A stretch of DNA of 63,706 nt, filler included, from Bradymonadales bacterium (lineage in GTDB: Bacteria > Bdellovibrionota > UBA2394), in NCBI GenBank assembly GCA_007693605.1. It is 3 parts of 3 records of this genome, joined end to end, with 100 filler letters (N's around TTAATTAATTAA, not from the genome) between each part and the next. Parts side by side here need not be neighbours in the genome. Positions count along the whole stretch, not along the records: positions 23,609 to 44,516 come from REDG01000079.1; positions 44,617 to 63,706 come from REDG01000034.1; 1 more part is not named here. One strand, given 5' to 3'. Below the pieces are notes generated by a model that saw nothing but the letters and a program-made list of their open reading frames with translations, was not told the DNA's origin and searched no databases. This document shows, one piece after another, positions 37,460 through 47,205 of this stretch. The translations under genes and the position numbers were made by a program. Within the stretch, counting starts at the first letter, position 1; every line of letters starts with the position of its first letter.

Positions 37460-38166
37460 AAGCATTTTATCTGATCCTCCTTTTCTTTCTGGTGGGTTGC
37501 GCTGCGGCGAAGTCTGTAGAGCCCACTCTCAATGAAAGAATGCTCAAAGAGCAGAGAGCGCGCATTGAAGCCGGTGAAGATGTTTACGGTAGAAAGCCCA
37601 TCGAACCCACCGACGATTTGGCACAATCGAGTCTATGGGCAAGATCGTCCGGTAGCCCCTACATTATAAGAAACCAAAAAGCACAAGATGTCGGTGACCT
37701 CTTGACGGTTGTGATTGATGAGCAAGCTCGTGGGAGCGCCAGCGCTTCGACCGATACCTCCAGAGACTCGTCCATTGACTTTCGGGCGAGCATGGGGGCT
37801 GGAACCGGCTCAGCGCAGCAGTTGGGAATTGTTCAGGGAAGTGGAGATACCAAGACAGAGTTTCAAGGAGACGGTTCAACCGATCGCTCTGGCCGACTTA
37901 CTGGGACGGTGCAAGCGGTGGTTGAAGAGATTCTCCCCAATGGCATCTTCTTTGTTCGTGGTCGCAAAGTGGTCACGATCAATGACGAAGATCAAGAGTT
38001 TGAACTGACCGGATTCATTCGACCAGACGACATTCGAATTAACAATACGGTGACCTCCTCTCTAATGGCGGACGCTCAGATTCGCTATGTTGGTAAGGGT
38101 GTGATCGGAGATAAACAGCGAGTCGGTTGGGGAACTCGCATATTTGATTTTATTTGGCCATTTTAA
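37456..38166 (+). CDS. flgH: flagellar L-ring protein FlgH
   Basis: lipobox LVGC, VGDLLTV, LPNG, G.IRPDDI..NN. Confidence 0.93.
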   Translation: MKAFYLILLFFLVGCAAAKSVEPTLNERMLKEQRARIEAGEDVYGRKPIEPTDDLAQSSLWARSSGSPYIIRNQKAQDVGDLLTVVIDEQARGSASASTDTSRDSSIDFRASMGAGTGSAQQLGIVQGSGDTKTEFQGDGSTDRSGRLTGTVQAVVEEILPNGIFFVRGRKVVTINDEDQEFELTGFIRPDDIRINNTVTSSLMADAQIRYVGKGVIGDKQRVGWGTRIFDFIWPF

Positions 38167-38177
38167 GGATGTAAGAA

Positions 38178-39281
38178 ATGTTGAAAAGGATTTCAATTCT
38201 ATTTTTGAGTGTTTCGGTCGGCACGATCTCTTATCTTGAGGCGTCGACAGCTCGCCTGAAGGATATTACGAACCTTCAGGGAGTGCGAGATAACCAACTG
38301 ATTGGTTACGGTCTTGTGGTTGGTCTTGATGGCACTGGCGACGGAGGATCGAATCAGATGACGATCCAGTCGATGGCAACCATGCTGAACAATTTAGGCG
38401 TGGGAGTGGACGCAAGTCAGGTGAACTCAAGAAATGTGGCAAGCGTGATTGTCACGGCCTATCTTCCCCCCTTTGCTCGCCAAGGCTCAAAGATGGATGT
38501 TTTGGTTTCTTCGATGGGAGATGCTCAGAGCCTGCAGGGAGGGACTCTCTTGTTGACTCCTCTTAAGGGAGCAGACGGAGAGGTCTATGCGGTGGCGCAG
38601 GGGCCCATCACTTTGGGGGGCTTTCAGGCCGCTGCGGGTGGAGCGAGAGAGTCGAGAAATCACTCGACGGTCGGAAAGGTTCCAAGTGGGGCGGTCATCG
38701 AAACAGAGCTTCCATTTGACTTCACTCGCCTCACAAATCTGACTTATTCGCTAAAGAACCCAGACTTTACGACTGCCAACCGAATTGCAGCGGTGATCAA
38801 TCGGCAGCTGAACGGTTCTTATGCCGCTGCCAATGACTCTGGCACGGTTCGTGTACGAGTTCCAGATCAGTTCAAGGGACGGGTTGTTGAGCTGGTGTCT
38901 TCAATAGAAAATCTGGCAGTTCGACCCGATACGGTTGCACGAGTGGTGGTGAATGAGCGGACAGGAACTGTGGTGGTCGGTGAGGATGTTCGAATCTCGA
39001 CGGTTGCGGTGGCGCACGGCAATTTGACAATCAGCATTCAGCCGCAGACCGTCGTTAGTCAGCCCGAAGCATTTTCGGATGGGCAGACCGTCGTGGTTGA
39101 TGAGCCTTTTATTGAAGTGCAAGAGGGAGATGACAATTTTGCTCTTCTTCCTGGAGGGGTTTCCATTGGAGATCTAGTTCGAGCTTTGAACGCCCTGGGC
39201 ATTAGTCCACGAGATTTAATCTCTGTGTTTCAAGCGATTCAGGCTTCTGGGGCTCTACAAGCAGAATTGGAGATTATATGA
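38178..39281 (+). CDS. flgI: flagellar P-ring protein FlgI
   Basis: GVRDNQLIGYGLVVGLDGTGD, SLQGGTLL.TPL, GALQAEL. Confidence 0.96.
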   Translation: MLKRISILFLSVSVGTISYLEASTARLKDITNLQGVRDNQLIGYGLVVGLDGTGDGGSNQMTIQSMATMLNNLGVGVDASQVNSRNVASVIVTAYLPPFARQGSKMDVLVSSMGDAQSLQGGTLLLTPLKGADGEVYAVAQGPITLGGFQAAAGGARESRNHSTVGKVPSGAVIETELPFDFTRLTNLTYSLKNPDFTTANRIAAVINRQLNGSYAAANDSGTVRVRVPDQFKGRVVELVSSIENLAVRPDTVARVVVNERTGTVVVGEDVRISTVAVAHGNLTISIQPQTVVSQPEAFSDGQTVVVDEPFIEVQEGDDNFALLPGGVSIGDLVRALNALGISPRDLISVFQAIQASGALQAELEII

Positions 39282-39601
39282 AGCCGATGGATCCAAGCGT
39301 CTCTCTTCAGGCGGCTAGCCCAAGACTTCCGAGTGCGGATTCTTTGAGGTCCAAGAGTCGAGAAGAATTGAAGGAAGCGGCAAAACAGTTTGAGACGATG
39401 TTTATGAATCTTGTCGTCAAGCAGATGAGGCAAGCCGTTCCAGACTCAGGACTTTTGGGTGAGAACTCCAAGGTCCACTTCTTTCAGGGCATGTTAGACG
39501 AGGAGTATTCTCGTTTGGCCGGAGAGAACAAGTCCAATGGACTGTCGCAGATGATTTATCAAAATCTTTTGAAAATGCAGGGAATCAAAGATGAAGATTG
39601 A
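39278..39601 (+). CDS. flgJ: short FlgJ (rod-binding domain only, no muramidase domain)
   Basis: LKEAAKQFETMF...MR...MLDEEY; 107 aa. Confidence 0.85.
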   Translation: MKPMDPSVSLQAASPRLPSADSLRSKSREELKEAAKQFETMFMNLVVKQMRQAVPDSGLLGENSKVHFFQGMLDEEYSRLAGENKSNGLSQMIYQNLLKMQGIKDED

Positions 39602-39932
39602 CGGATTTGGGTCGGGCGGAAGCCTCACCGGAGTAACGAAAACAAACAAGCGAAGGTCAGAGAAGGCCGAGAAGAAAGCCTCTGGAGTGGCCAGTGCAGA
39701 GGTCAGTGGCCGACTCGAGGGAGACACTGTTGAGCTCAATCATCATCGGGACACTTTGAATCTGATTCGAGACCTCGTTCGAGCCTCTCCTGATATGCGA
39801 GAAGACGAAATAGATCGAGTGGTTCGAAAAATCAAAGAAAGTAATGGCTATCAAGTAAACCTCGATCAAGTTGCAGAAGGGTTCATTCGTGAGGCGATTT
39901 TGAATGAACTCTCTTTTAGGAGGAGGGGTTAA
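39591..39932 (+). CDS. flgM: anti-sigma28 factor FlgM
   Basis: MKIDG N-terminus, DTVEL, PDMRED...I..GYQV...VA. Confidence 0.8.
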   Translation: MKIDGFGSGGSLTGVTKTNKRRSEKAEKKASGVASAEVSGRLEGDTVELNHHRDTLNLIRDLVRASPDMREDEIDRVVRKIKESNGYQVNLDQVAEGFIREAILNELSFRRRG

Positions 39933-39936
39933 TCCG

Positions 39937-40446
39937 ATGGAAGCGAACTCAAAAATTAGTGAACTCGAAAAAGTTCTCTTAGAAGAGATTAAGCTCTATG
40001 AGTCTTATGCTGAAGTCTTAGGAGCGGACACTGATCTGATGACTCAGATGAACATTGATGAGCTTGAGCAAAGCAATAAGAGAAAAGCGACCCTACTTCT
40101 CAAAATTGACGCGGTTGACCAACTGAGGCAGCGAACGGTTCAGGAGGTCGCGCAAGAGCTTGGGATACCCGAAGAAAAAGTTCGATTGAAAGACATCGCA
40201 GAGCATCTCAGTGGCTCAGGCTCAGAGAGCCTGTTAAGTTTGCGAGATCGATTGAAGTCGGTCACAAACAAGATTCGAACGATTCAGGCGGATGCCAGCG
40301 GGTTTGTTCAGAGTTCTCTATCTTGGATCGATGGCTCAATGTCGACTCTTAAGAGGCTTTTAACGCCGACAGGAACTTACAACGCTCGGGGGCGTGTGGA
40401 TCATCCCTCAAGTTTTGCGGGTCGAGTGGTGGAGAACAAAGTATGA
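39937..40446 (+). CDS. flgN: flagellar export chaperone FlgN
   Basis: helical protein between flgM and flgK, C-terminal TYNARG; ATG after GGAGG. Confidence 0.8.
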   Translation: MEANSKISELEKVLLEEIKLYESYAEVLGADTDLMTQMNIDELEQSNKRKATLLLKIDAVDQLRQRTVQEVAQELGIPEEKVRLKDIAEHLSGSGSESLLSLRDRLKSVTNKIRTIQADASGFVQSSLSWIDGSMSTLKRLLTPTGTYNARGRVDHPSSFAGRVVENKV

Positions 40447-41858
40447 CAATCGGCGGCCTGAGTTCACTTTTTAGCAGGGCTTTGGATGGTCTGAATGTGT
40501 CATCCAGAGGCATGTCCACGGTCGCCAACAATATCGCGAATGTGAACACGCCCGGATACGCTCGTCAGGAGTTGTTGCAGGCCACACGGGGAGTCTTCGG
40601 AAACGGGGTCTTAGGTGGCGGGGTCACAGCCTTCGGTGTTCGAAGTTTGGTTGATCCGTTTATTGAAAGGCAGCTGGCAAACGAAAAGAGTCATTTGGGC
40701 AGTTTTGCAGGGCGAAAGAGCAGTCTCTCTCAGCTGGAGAACATTCTCTCGAATCAAGATGGGGCGGGCGTGGGCACTGTAATTAATTCCTTTTTTAACT
40801 CATGGAGTGAGCTTTCAAACGATCCGTCCAGCGGGGTGTTGCGTCAAAGTCTGTTGGAAAGGGGAGTGGACATCGTCTCTCACTTTCACAATAAGCACGC
40901 TCAGGTTCAAGACCTGAGACGAGGTTTGAGTGATTCCATTGAGGCTCAGGTGGATAAGGTGAATTCGCTTTCGCAAGAGATTGCGCGAATCAATGACCTT
41001 GTGCGGCGAGCGGCGGATGAATCTGCGAAGTTAGAGCTCAAGGCTCAGCGAAATGTTGTGTTGAGTCAACTTTCAGAAGAAATTGGAGTTAACTATTTTA
41101 ACAATTCAGATGAAACTATAACTGTTCAGATTAACGGCACAGGGATGGCCTTAGTGACAGGGATTAAGTCTTCTACTCTTTCAGCGACAAACGATTTGTC
41201 TGACAACGGACAGCTGAGCCTGTTCGTCCAACTTCCGGGCGGGACCAGCACCGTCAATGTAACTGATTTTGTCAGTTCGGGCAGTCTTGGAGGCAAGCTC
41301 AAAGATAGAAATGGGGTTCTGAACGAGTCACTGCAAAAATTAAATGAATTAGCTTTCGAGTTCTCTCAGCAGCTCAATGCCATTCATCGAAATGGATACG
41401 GCCTAGATGGAGACGATGATAGAAACTTCTTTTCTCCTCTGGCGGGTGTCAGTGGTGCAGCGAAGAACATTCAAATCGACAACCAAATTCTGAACAATCT
41501 CAATGCCATTGCCGCCGCAGGCTCTGACCCCAATGTTACTGGAGTGGCGGACAATGAAAATGCCCTGGCCATTCTTAGCCTTCAGAATTCTTTGACGATG
41601 TCAGGTGGTTCCGTGAGCTTTGCCGGCTTCTTTTCAAACCATGTGAGTTCCGTTGGCATCTCAGCCGCTCAAGTCAACCGAGCCTTTGAGAGCCAGCTTA
41701 ATCTGGTCAATCGGCTCGAGATTCAAAGAGAAAACATCTCAGGCGTAAATATGGACGAAGAGGCTGCCGATCTCATTCGATATCAACGAGCCTTTGAAGG
41801 GGCTGCGAAGGTAATGTCCATTGCAAACCAGGTACTAGATCGATTGATGGAGCTATAG
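40443..41858 (+). CDS. flgK: flagellar hook-associated protein FlgK
   Basis: NNIANVNTPGYARQ, SGVNMDEEAA.L..YQRA. Confidence 0.95.
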   Translation: MTIGGLSSLFSRALDGLNVSSRGMSTVANNIANVNTPGYARQELLQATRGVFGNGVLGGGVTAFGVRSLVDPFIERQLANEKSHLGSFAGRKSSLSQLENILSNQDGAGVGTVINSFFNSWSELSNDPSSGVLRQSLLERGVDIVSHFHNKHAQVQDLRRGLSDSIEAQVDKVNSLSQEIARINDLVRRAADESAKLELKAQRNVVLSQLSEEIGVNYFNNSDETITVQINGTGMALVTGIKSSTLSATNDLSDNGQLSLFVQLPGGTSTVNVTDFVSSGSLGGKLKDRNGVLNESLQKLNELAFEFSQQLNAIHRNGYGLDGDDDRNFFSPLAGVSGAAKNIQIDNQILNNLNAIAAAGSDPNVTGVADNENALAILSLQNSLTMSGGSVSFAGFFSNHVSSVGISAAQVNRAFESQLNLVNRLEIQRENISGVNMDEEAADLIRYQRAFEGAAKVMSIANQVLDRLMEL

Positions 41859-41859
41859 A

Positions 41860-42801
41860 ATGGGTTTTCGGGTTTCAACCACATCTAGCTACCTCTTGTT
41901 TCAGCGAGTGCTGGGTTTGAGCAATCAAAGGGTTTTGAAAAGCTCCGAACAGCTGGCGAGTGGCAAGAGAATCAATCGGCCGTCGGATGATCCTGAAGCC
42001 GTAAAGACGATTGCCTCTTTCCGCAACAGCATGGGTCGAATTGACCAGTATTTGCGGAACCTTCAAAGCGCTGATCGTCATTGGACTCAGGCTGAACAGG
42101 CGATCAATCGTGTCAACGAAGCCATGGTCCGCGCCAGAGAGCTTGCGATTCAGGGAAACAACGGAACCCTTGGGAACGAGCAAAGGAAGATGATCGCCGA
42201 AGAGGTGCATCAATTGGCTCAGGAGCTACTGAGCGCTGCCAATACTCAGATCAATGGCGAGTTTATTTTTGGGGGTTATCGAACGAATCAAAAACCCTTT
42301 GAGCTAGATCCTAATTATCCTGATGCCGATCCGGCTGCTGTTTTTCTAGGAGACAGCAATCTGAAAAGAATTGAAATCAACGAGGGACAAACTCTTGAGA
42401 TTCAAATGCAAGGGGATCGGATTTTCTCGGGAGCTGGCGGTGGGGATCGTGTGGATCTGTTTCAGACTCTTGCGAGACTTGAACAGGCTCTTCGAACTGG
42501 TAACACCGACGACAACGATCCAGAGAGCATCGGGCAAGCCATTGAAGACCTTGGTTCCGCACTGACACAAGTTCAAAGTGATCTTGCGAGTATCGGTTCT
42601 AGAACCAGACGGATTGAGACGACTAGAGATGCTCTTGTTTTTCAGCGCGACTTGATTCGGCAATTCATCTCTGAAAAGGAAGATGTGGATTTGGCAGAGG
42701 CGACTTATGAATTTCAGAGGGCTCAGTTGGCCCTGCAAGCAACAGTGAGTTCGGCGGGAGCTGTTTTAAACATGCCGTCTCTAATGGATTTTATTCGCTA
42801 G
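41860..42801 (+). CDS. flgL: flagellar hook-associated protein FlgL
   Basis: [27 protein letters not shown]-terminus. Confidence 0.93.
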   Translation: MGFRVSTTSSYLLFQRVLGLSNQRVLKSSEQLASGKRINRPSDDPEAVKTIASFRNSMGRIDQYLRNLQSADRHWTQAEQAINRVNEAMVRARELAIQGNNGTLGNEQRKMIAEEVHQLAQELLSAANTQINGEFIFGGYRTNQKPFELDPNYPDADPAAVFLGDSNLKRIEINEGQTLEIQMQGDRIFSGAGGGDRVDLFQTLARLEQALRTGNTDDNDPESIGQAIEDLGSALTQVQSDLASIGSRTRRIETTRDALVFQRDLIRQFISEKEDVDLAEATYEFQRAQLALQATVSSAGAVLNMPSLMDFIR

Positions 42802-42814
42802 GTGGGGAGAGATT

Positions 42815-43093
42815 ATGTTGGTTTTAACTAGGCGATTGGGGGAGTCAATTTGGATTAACGATGACATACGGATCGTCATACAAAACATTCGGGGCAATCA
42901 GGTTCGGGTTGGTATTGCAGCCCCCAGAGAGATGGTTGTTCATCGAGAGGAGATTTACCAGAAGATTCATCAAGAGAATCGAGAAGCGATGAGTCCTGAG
43001 GGGTCAGTCGATTCTTTGGGGGAGCTCTTTCATCAGATGAAAGCCGAGAAGAGAGAACAGAAGAATGATACAGAAAAAGGGAGATCACTATGA
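42815..43093 (+). CDS. csrA: carbon storage regulator CsrA
   Basis: [12 protein letters not shown]...VRVGIAAP...VHREEIY. Confidence 0.96.
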   Translation: MLVLTRRLGESIWINDDIRIVIQNIRGNQVRVGIAAPREMVVHREEIYQKIHQENREAMSPEGSVDSLGELFHQMKAEKREQKNDTEKGRSL

Positions 43094-43632
43094 AAATCGA
43101 ATCGAAGAGATTTGGGTGTTTAGAGGTCAAGGAAGATCGAATCATCAGATTGAAGGGTGGTCTTCTTGGATTCTCTGAACTTGAGAACTTTGTTTTATTG
43201 GACGATGCGGGGGATCCTAGCCTTCCGTTTAAATGGTTGGTTTCCACCGATCAGCCGGAATATGGCTTCTTGGTCACGGACCCCGGCATTTTCTTCAAAG
43301 ACTATGTTTTTGATTTGCCTCAAGAAGAGGCGAAAGGCTTGGGTGTTCAAGCTGAAGGGGACATTCAGGTGTTGGTGCTGCTCACCGTACCCTCTGACCC
43401 TAAGATGATTACGGCCAATTTGAAGGGACCGATTGTCATCAATACGAGGACCTTGGCCGCGAAGCAGTTGGTTCTCGGCAATAGTGATTTTGTAACAAAG
43501 CATTATATTTTTCTTCAGGCTGCCAGTTCTGAGGAGGAGGTCAAAGCGCGAACAGAGGCCGCGGCCAACTCTCCTCTAGCTGGGAAAGTCCCTGCGACAG
43601 ATGCAGGCATGGAAGTCGAAGGAAATCAGTAA
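43090..43632 (+). CDS. fliW: flagellar assembly factor FliW
   Basis: [24 protein letters not shown]. Confidence 0.93.
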   Translation: MKIESKRFGCLEVKEDRIIRLKGGLLGFSELENFVLLDDAGDPSLPFKWLVSTDQPEYGFLVTDPGIFFKDYVFDLPQEEAKGLGVQAEGDIQVLVLLTVPSDPKMITANLKGPIVINTRTLAAKQLVLGNSDFVTKHYIFLQAASSEEEVKARTEAAANSPLAGKVPATDAGMEVEGNQ

Positions 43633-43659
43633 CCAAGGATAACAGGGGGGAATAGATAA

Positions 43660-44466
43660 ATGGGTCTTCGGATTAATACCAATGTGGCTGCCCTTCAGGC
43701 GCAGCGAAACTTAGGAAAAACAACGAGTTCGTTGAACAAGGCTTTAGAGCGACTCGCTTCAGGTCAACGGATTGTCAGTGCAGGAGATGATGCAGCAGGC
43801 CTTGCGATCTCGGAAGGTCTTCGATCTCAGGTTCGGGGGTTGAGGCAAGCGATTCGGAATGCCAACGATGCGGGAGGTTTCTTGACAACCGCAGAGGGGG
43901 CTCTCGCTGAGATGACGAATATCACTCAGAGGCTTCGTGAGCTTGCAATTCAGGCAGCCAATGGATCTCTTGGTCCAACGGATCGGGGATTCTTGGATTC
44001 AGAGCGAGCGGAGTTGGTTCAAGAGTTCAATCGAATTGCCAATCAAACAACATTTAATACAACGAAACTTCTGGATGGAACCTTTCAGACCGTTGACCTT
44101 CAAGTGGGCGTTCAAAAGGGTGAGTCGATTTCCTTTACCATCGGAGACGCTCGTGCCACTTCTCTCGGAACTTTGGCAAGAAAGCAGTCGATTCGGCACG
44201 GATTAGATGACTGGTCAGATGGTGTTCGGATCAATCAGGTCAATATCGTTGTCAACTCGAACGACGACAATGTATCTCCTTCGAGCGCTCAGAATTATAG
44301 TGCGATCGCCGTCGCTCGAGCCGTCAATCGAGTGTCAGGTCAGACGGGAGTGGTTGCGGATGTTCTGCAGAATGTTGTTAATCTTGATAATTTAGAGTTC
44401 GGAGGTTTTGAGGGCGTTCTTCTTCAGGGCGATATGAGAATCAACGGCGTTGATATCGTCGTGTAG
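43660..44466 (+). CDS. fliC: flagellin, 3'-truncated (no C-terminal flagellin domain)
   Basis: INTNVAAL, LASGQRI..AGDDAAGLAISE, FNTTKLLDG; ORF stops in the variable region. Confidence 0.9.
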   Translation: MGLRINTNVAALQAQRNLGKTTSSLNKALERLASGQRIVSAGDDAAGLAISEGLRSQVRGLRQAIRNANDAGGFLTTAEGALAEMTNITQRLRELAIQAANGSLGPTDRGFLDSERAELVQEFNRIANQTTFNTTKLLDGTFQTVDLQVGVQKGESISFTIGDARATSLGTLARKQSIRHGLDDWSDGVRINQVNIVVNSNDDNVSPSSAQNYSAIAVARAVNRVSGQTGVVADVLQNVVNLDNLEFGGFEGVLLQGDMRINGVDIVV

Positions 44467-44516
44467 TTCATGGAGACATTCCTGACACTGGGCTGTAGCA
44501 GTGTCCCTCAGCCGAG
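44462..44516. mobile_element. putative IS481-family terminal inverted repeat interrupting fliC
   Basis: TGTAGTTCATGGAGACATTCCTGACACT begins exactly where flagellin coding ends and resembles recalled IS481-type TGTA-N-GAC-N-GACAC ends; no transposase visible before the gap. Confidence 0.5.
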
Positions 44517-44616
44517 NNNNNNNNNNNNNNNNNNNNNNNNNNNNNNNNNNNNNNNNNNNNTTAATTAATTAANNNNNNNNNNNNNNNNNNNNNNNNNNNN
44601 NNNNNNNNNNNNNNNN
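44517..44616. other. artificial contig linker (N44-TTAATTAATTAA-N44)
   Basis: six-frame stop spacer inside an N run. Confidence 0.97.
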
Positions 44617-44957
44617 AGTTTGTGATTCCCTTGGGAGCCACCATCAATATGACGGGAACTACTCTCTATCAGGGGGTCGCGACCGTCTTTCTGGCTCAAG
44701 TCATAGGGGTAGATCTGGGAATTGTTGAACTCAGCCTCATTGTCTTAACCGCCGTCGCCGCCTCGATTGGAAGTCCCGCAACGCCCGGTGTGGGGATTGT
44801 CATTCTTTCGATGGTCTTGGCGTCAGCCGGTGTTCCCCTAGAGGGGCTTGGTTTAATTATCGGTGTCGACCGAATTCTAGATATGAGCCGTACCTCTGTG
44901 AATGTGATGGGCGATATGGTCGCAAGTCTTTGGCTTGAAAAACTGGAGAAAAAATGA
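44617..44957 (+). CDS. dicarboxylate/amino acid:cation symporter (DAACS/GltP family), 5'-truncated by the gap
   Basis: PLGATINMTGT, ASIG.P..PG, GVDRILDM.RT..NV.GD. Confidence 0.9.
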
Positions 44958-45748
44958 GGCGCCCCCTCTCTGCCATCACTCAGATCTACCGTAAACTTCA
45001 AAAGGATCAGATCTCAAGCATGTCGGCAGCGGTGGCCTTTTATGCCGCCCTCGCTCTCGGCCCTCTGAGCATGGGGCTTCTTTTGGCTTCTTCTTTTGTG
45101 GAACCCAAAATTGTTTTGGACAGCTTTGTGTGGATCGAAAATCTCTTGGGCGCGGAGGCCAGGGCCACTTTTGAGGCTGTCTGGCAGGGGGCGCATGAGT
45201 TTGGCGCTCGTAGCTTTGCTGGCCTATTTGTTCTCTTTGGGGGACTCCTCTTTGCTGCCCCCTTGTTCTCTCAGCTCCAGAGCTCTCTCAATATCATCTT
45301 CGGAGTGAAACGACAGAGCTTCAAGCAATGGCTTAAAAAGAAACTTTTGTCTTATTTTCTCGTTTTGGGCTCAATTAGCCTTCTTCTTGTGATCTCCTTT
45401 CTGTCCAGTATTACAGAGTTCGAGGGCAGGAGCCTCGGCCTGGTGACTTGGACGACTTCCTTTTTAAGCTTTGCTCTTGCGATCGGCCTTCTCTACCGCT
45501 GGCTTCCAGATCTAAAGATTCTTTGGAGGCAGGCTCTTGTGGGGGCCCTCATCATGAGTGTTTTCTTCGAACTCAGCAAACAAGCTTTTGCCCTTTACCT
45601 ACAACACTCGATGACTCTTTCCGTCTACGGGGCGGCCGCGACCTTTCCTGTTTTTCTTCTTTGGGTCTACTTCTCAAGTTATCTGTTCTTTTTGGGAGCA
45701 GAAGTTACCGCTTTTCTTCACAAGAGCAGAAAGAACCTGTTAGGTTGA
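44954..45748 (+). CDS. YihY/virulence factor BrkB family membrane protein
   Basis: AAVAFY, YRWLP, YGAA...FLLWVY...GAE. Confidence 0.88.
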   Translation: MRRPLSAITQIYRKLQKDQISSMSAAVAFYAALALGPLSMGLLLASSFVEPKIVLDSFVWIENLLGAEARATFEAVWQGAHEFGARSFAGLFVLFGGLLFAAPLFSQLQSSLNIIFGVKRQSFKQWLKKKLLSYFLVLGSISLLLVISFLSSITEFEGRSLGLVTWTTSFLSFALAIGLLYRWLPDLKILWRQALVGALIMSVFFELSKQAFALYLQHSMTLSVYGAAATFPVFLLWVYFSSYLFFLGAEVTAFLHKSRKNLLG

Positions 45749-45753
45749 GCTTT

Positions 45754-46770
45754 ATGTTGAAGGTTCTTGTCACAGGTGCCGCGGGCTTTATTGGAGCTGC
45801 TCTCTCGCGAAGCCTCTTGAAAGAGAAGGCTGTGAGCGTGGTGGGCTTGGATAGTTTAAACGATTACTACGACCCCCAACTGAAACAGAACCGACTAAAA
45901 CTTCTAGCGGACCATCCTCAATTCACATTTCACAAAATAGACATCTGCGACAAAGCTTCTCTTCTCGATCTTTTCAAAAAGGAAAAATTTCATCGAGTGA
46001 TTCACCTCGCCGCTCAAGCTGGGGTTCGTTATTCGATCAGCAACCCAGAGGTTTACGCTCAATCTAATTTGATTGGCTTTCTGAACATTCTGGAGGCCTG
46101 TCGGGAAAACAAAGTTGAACACTTGGTCTATGCCTCCACAAGCTCGGTTTATGGTTTGAACGAAAAACTTCCCTTTCACACAGATGACTCAGCCAGCCAC
46201 CCTGTCTCTTTCTACGCAGCCACCAAGCGCGCCAACGAGTTGATGGCTCATAGCTATAGCTCTCTATACAAGATCCCGACCACGGGGCTTCGATTTTTTA
46301 CCGTTTACGGACCCTGGGGCCGACCCGATATGGCTTTCTTTAAGTTCACTCGACAGATCCTAGCGGGCGAACCGATTGAGGTTTTCAATGAAGGGCATCA
46401 TGCCCGCGACTTCACCTACATCGATGATATTGTCGAGGGGATCCAGAGAGTGAGTTTGGCCAGTCCACCGACGGCCTCAAAGGATTGGAGTCCCCAGGAT
46501 CCAAAATGCTCGACAAGCTCCGCTCCTTATCGCCTATACAATATCGGGAACAACCAAAGCACGGAACTCTTGAGGGCCATTGAAGTTCTAGAGAAGCTTC
46601 TTGGAAAAAAGGCGGAGAAAAAACTCCTCCCGATGCAGCCAGGGGATGTTGCGGCTACTCACGCCGATGTGAAGCCCCTGATTCAAAATTTTGGATACTC
46701 CCCCTCAACGACGATTGAAGTTGGCCTAAAAAACTTTGTCGAGTGGTATCGATCTTACTATTCAGACTAG
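45754..46770 (+). CDS. NAD-dependent epimerase (UDP-glucuronate 4-epimerase-like)
   Basis: VTGAAGFIG, HLAAQAGVRYS, YAATK, LRFFTVYGPWGRPDMA. Confidence 0.93.
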   Translation: MLKVLVTGAAGFIGAALSRSLLKEKAVSVVGLDSLNDYYDPQLKQNRLKLLADHPQFTFHKIDICDKASLLDLFKKEKFHRVIHLAAQAGVRYSISNPEVYAQSNLIGFLNILEACRENKVEHLVYASTSSVYGLNEKLPFHTDDSASHPVSFYAATKRANELMAHSYSSLYKIPTTGLRFFTVYGPWGRPDMAFFKFTRQILAGEPIEVFNEGHHARDFTYIDDIVEGIQRVSLASPPTASKDWSPQDPKCSTSSAPYRLYNIGNNQSTELLRAIEVLEKLLGKKAEKKLLPMQPGDVAATHADVKPLIQNFGYSPSTTIEVGLKNFVEWYRSYYSD

Positions 46771-46811
46771 AGACTAGGAATTGCGCTAAAGGCCTGGTGA
46801 GGAAGCGGTGG

Positions 46812-47200
46812 GGGAGTGGCGATAAGGGTTCAGATGCGCGAAGGTTAGTGGTCCAACCGGTAAATTGTTTCCGTGTTGTGCTGAGGCCAGTTTGAGGCGA
46901 TGCAAGGCGGCAGCGAGGCGCATATTGGACATATGCAACGAGCGACAACGCCGCAGCGGCTCAAAAGGGCCCAGCCCGAAGGGAATCAAGCTTTTGCCCC
47001 GACTCAGCGTTGCTCGGGATGGCATAGGTACCCAACCTGATCCCACCCTCGCGCCTTGATTCGAAGCAAAAGCTTGATTCACAACATGAAAAAATTTACC
47101 GGTTGGACCACCAGGAGCGAGCATCGCAGTGTGGTTAAATGCCACTCGAGAAGCGCAGCGACGCAGCCGACAAAGCAGATGGGCCTTTAGCGCCACTCCC
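46812..47200. repeat. complete R2 palindromic element (~118 bp when empty) interrupted by a nested MITE
   Basis: imperfect terminal inverted repeats GGGAGTGGCGATAAGGGTTCAGATGC / GCAGATGGGCCTTTAGCGCCACTCCC, between convergent genes. Confidence 0.75.
46846..47113. mobile_element. 268-bp MITE-like palindromic element (R3)
   Basis: ~35-bp imperfect TIR TAGTGGTCCAACCGGTAAATT... / ...AATTTACCGGTTGGACCACCA; internal IR GAATCAAGCTTTTGC (46983-46997) / GCAAAAGCTTGATTC (47066-47080); no credible coding capacity. Confidence 0.75.
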
Positions 47201-47205
47201 GCAAG

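Noticed and set aside
45448..45753. N-terminal extension of the epimerase ORF (similar extensions on aconitase, fliP, flgN, pyrD, the S9 peptidase and the methyltransferase)
   Set aside because: Most overlap neighbouring genes; family motifs and RBS or -10 signals point to the downstream starts
46786..47196. 136-aa minus-strand ORF (and 46865-47059 on the plus strand)
   Set aside because: Entirely within the nested palindromic repeats; no protein motif
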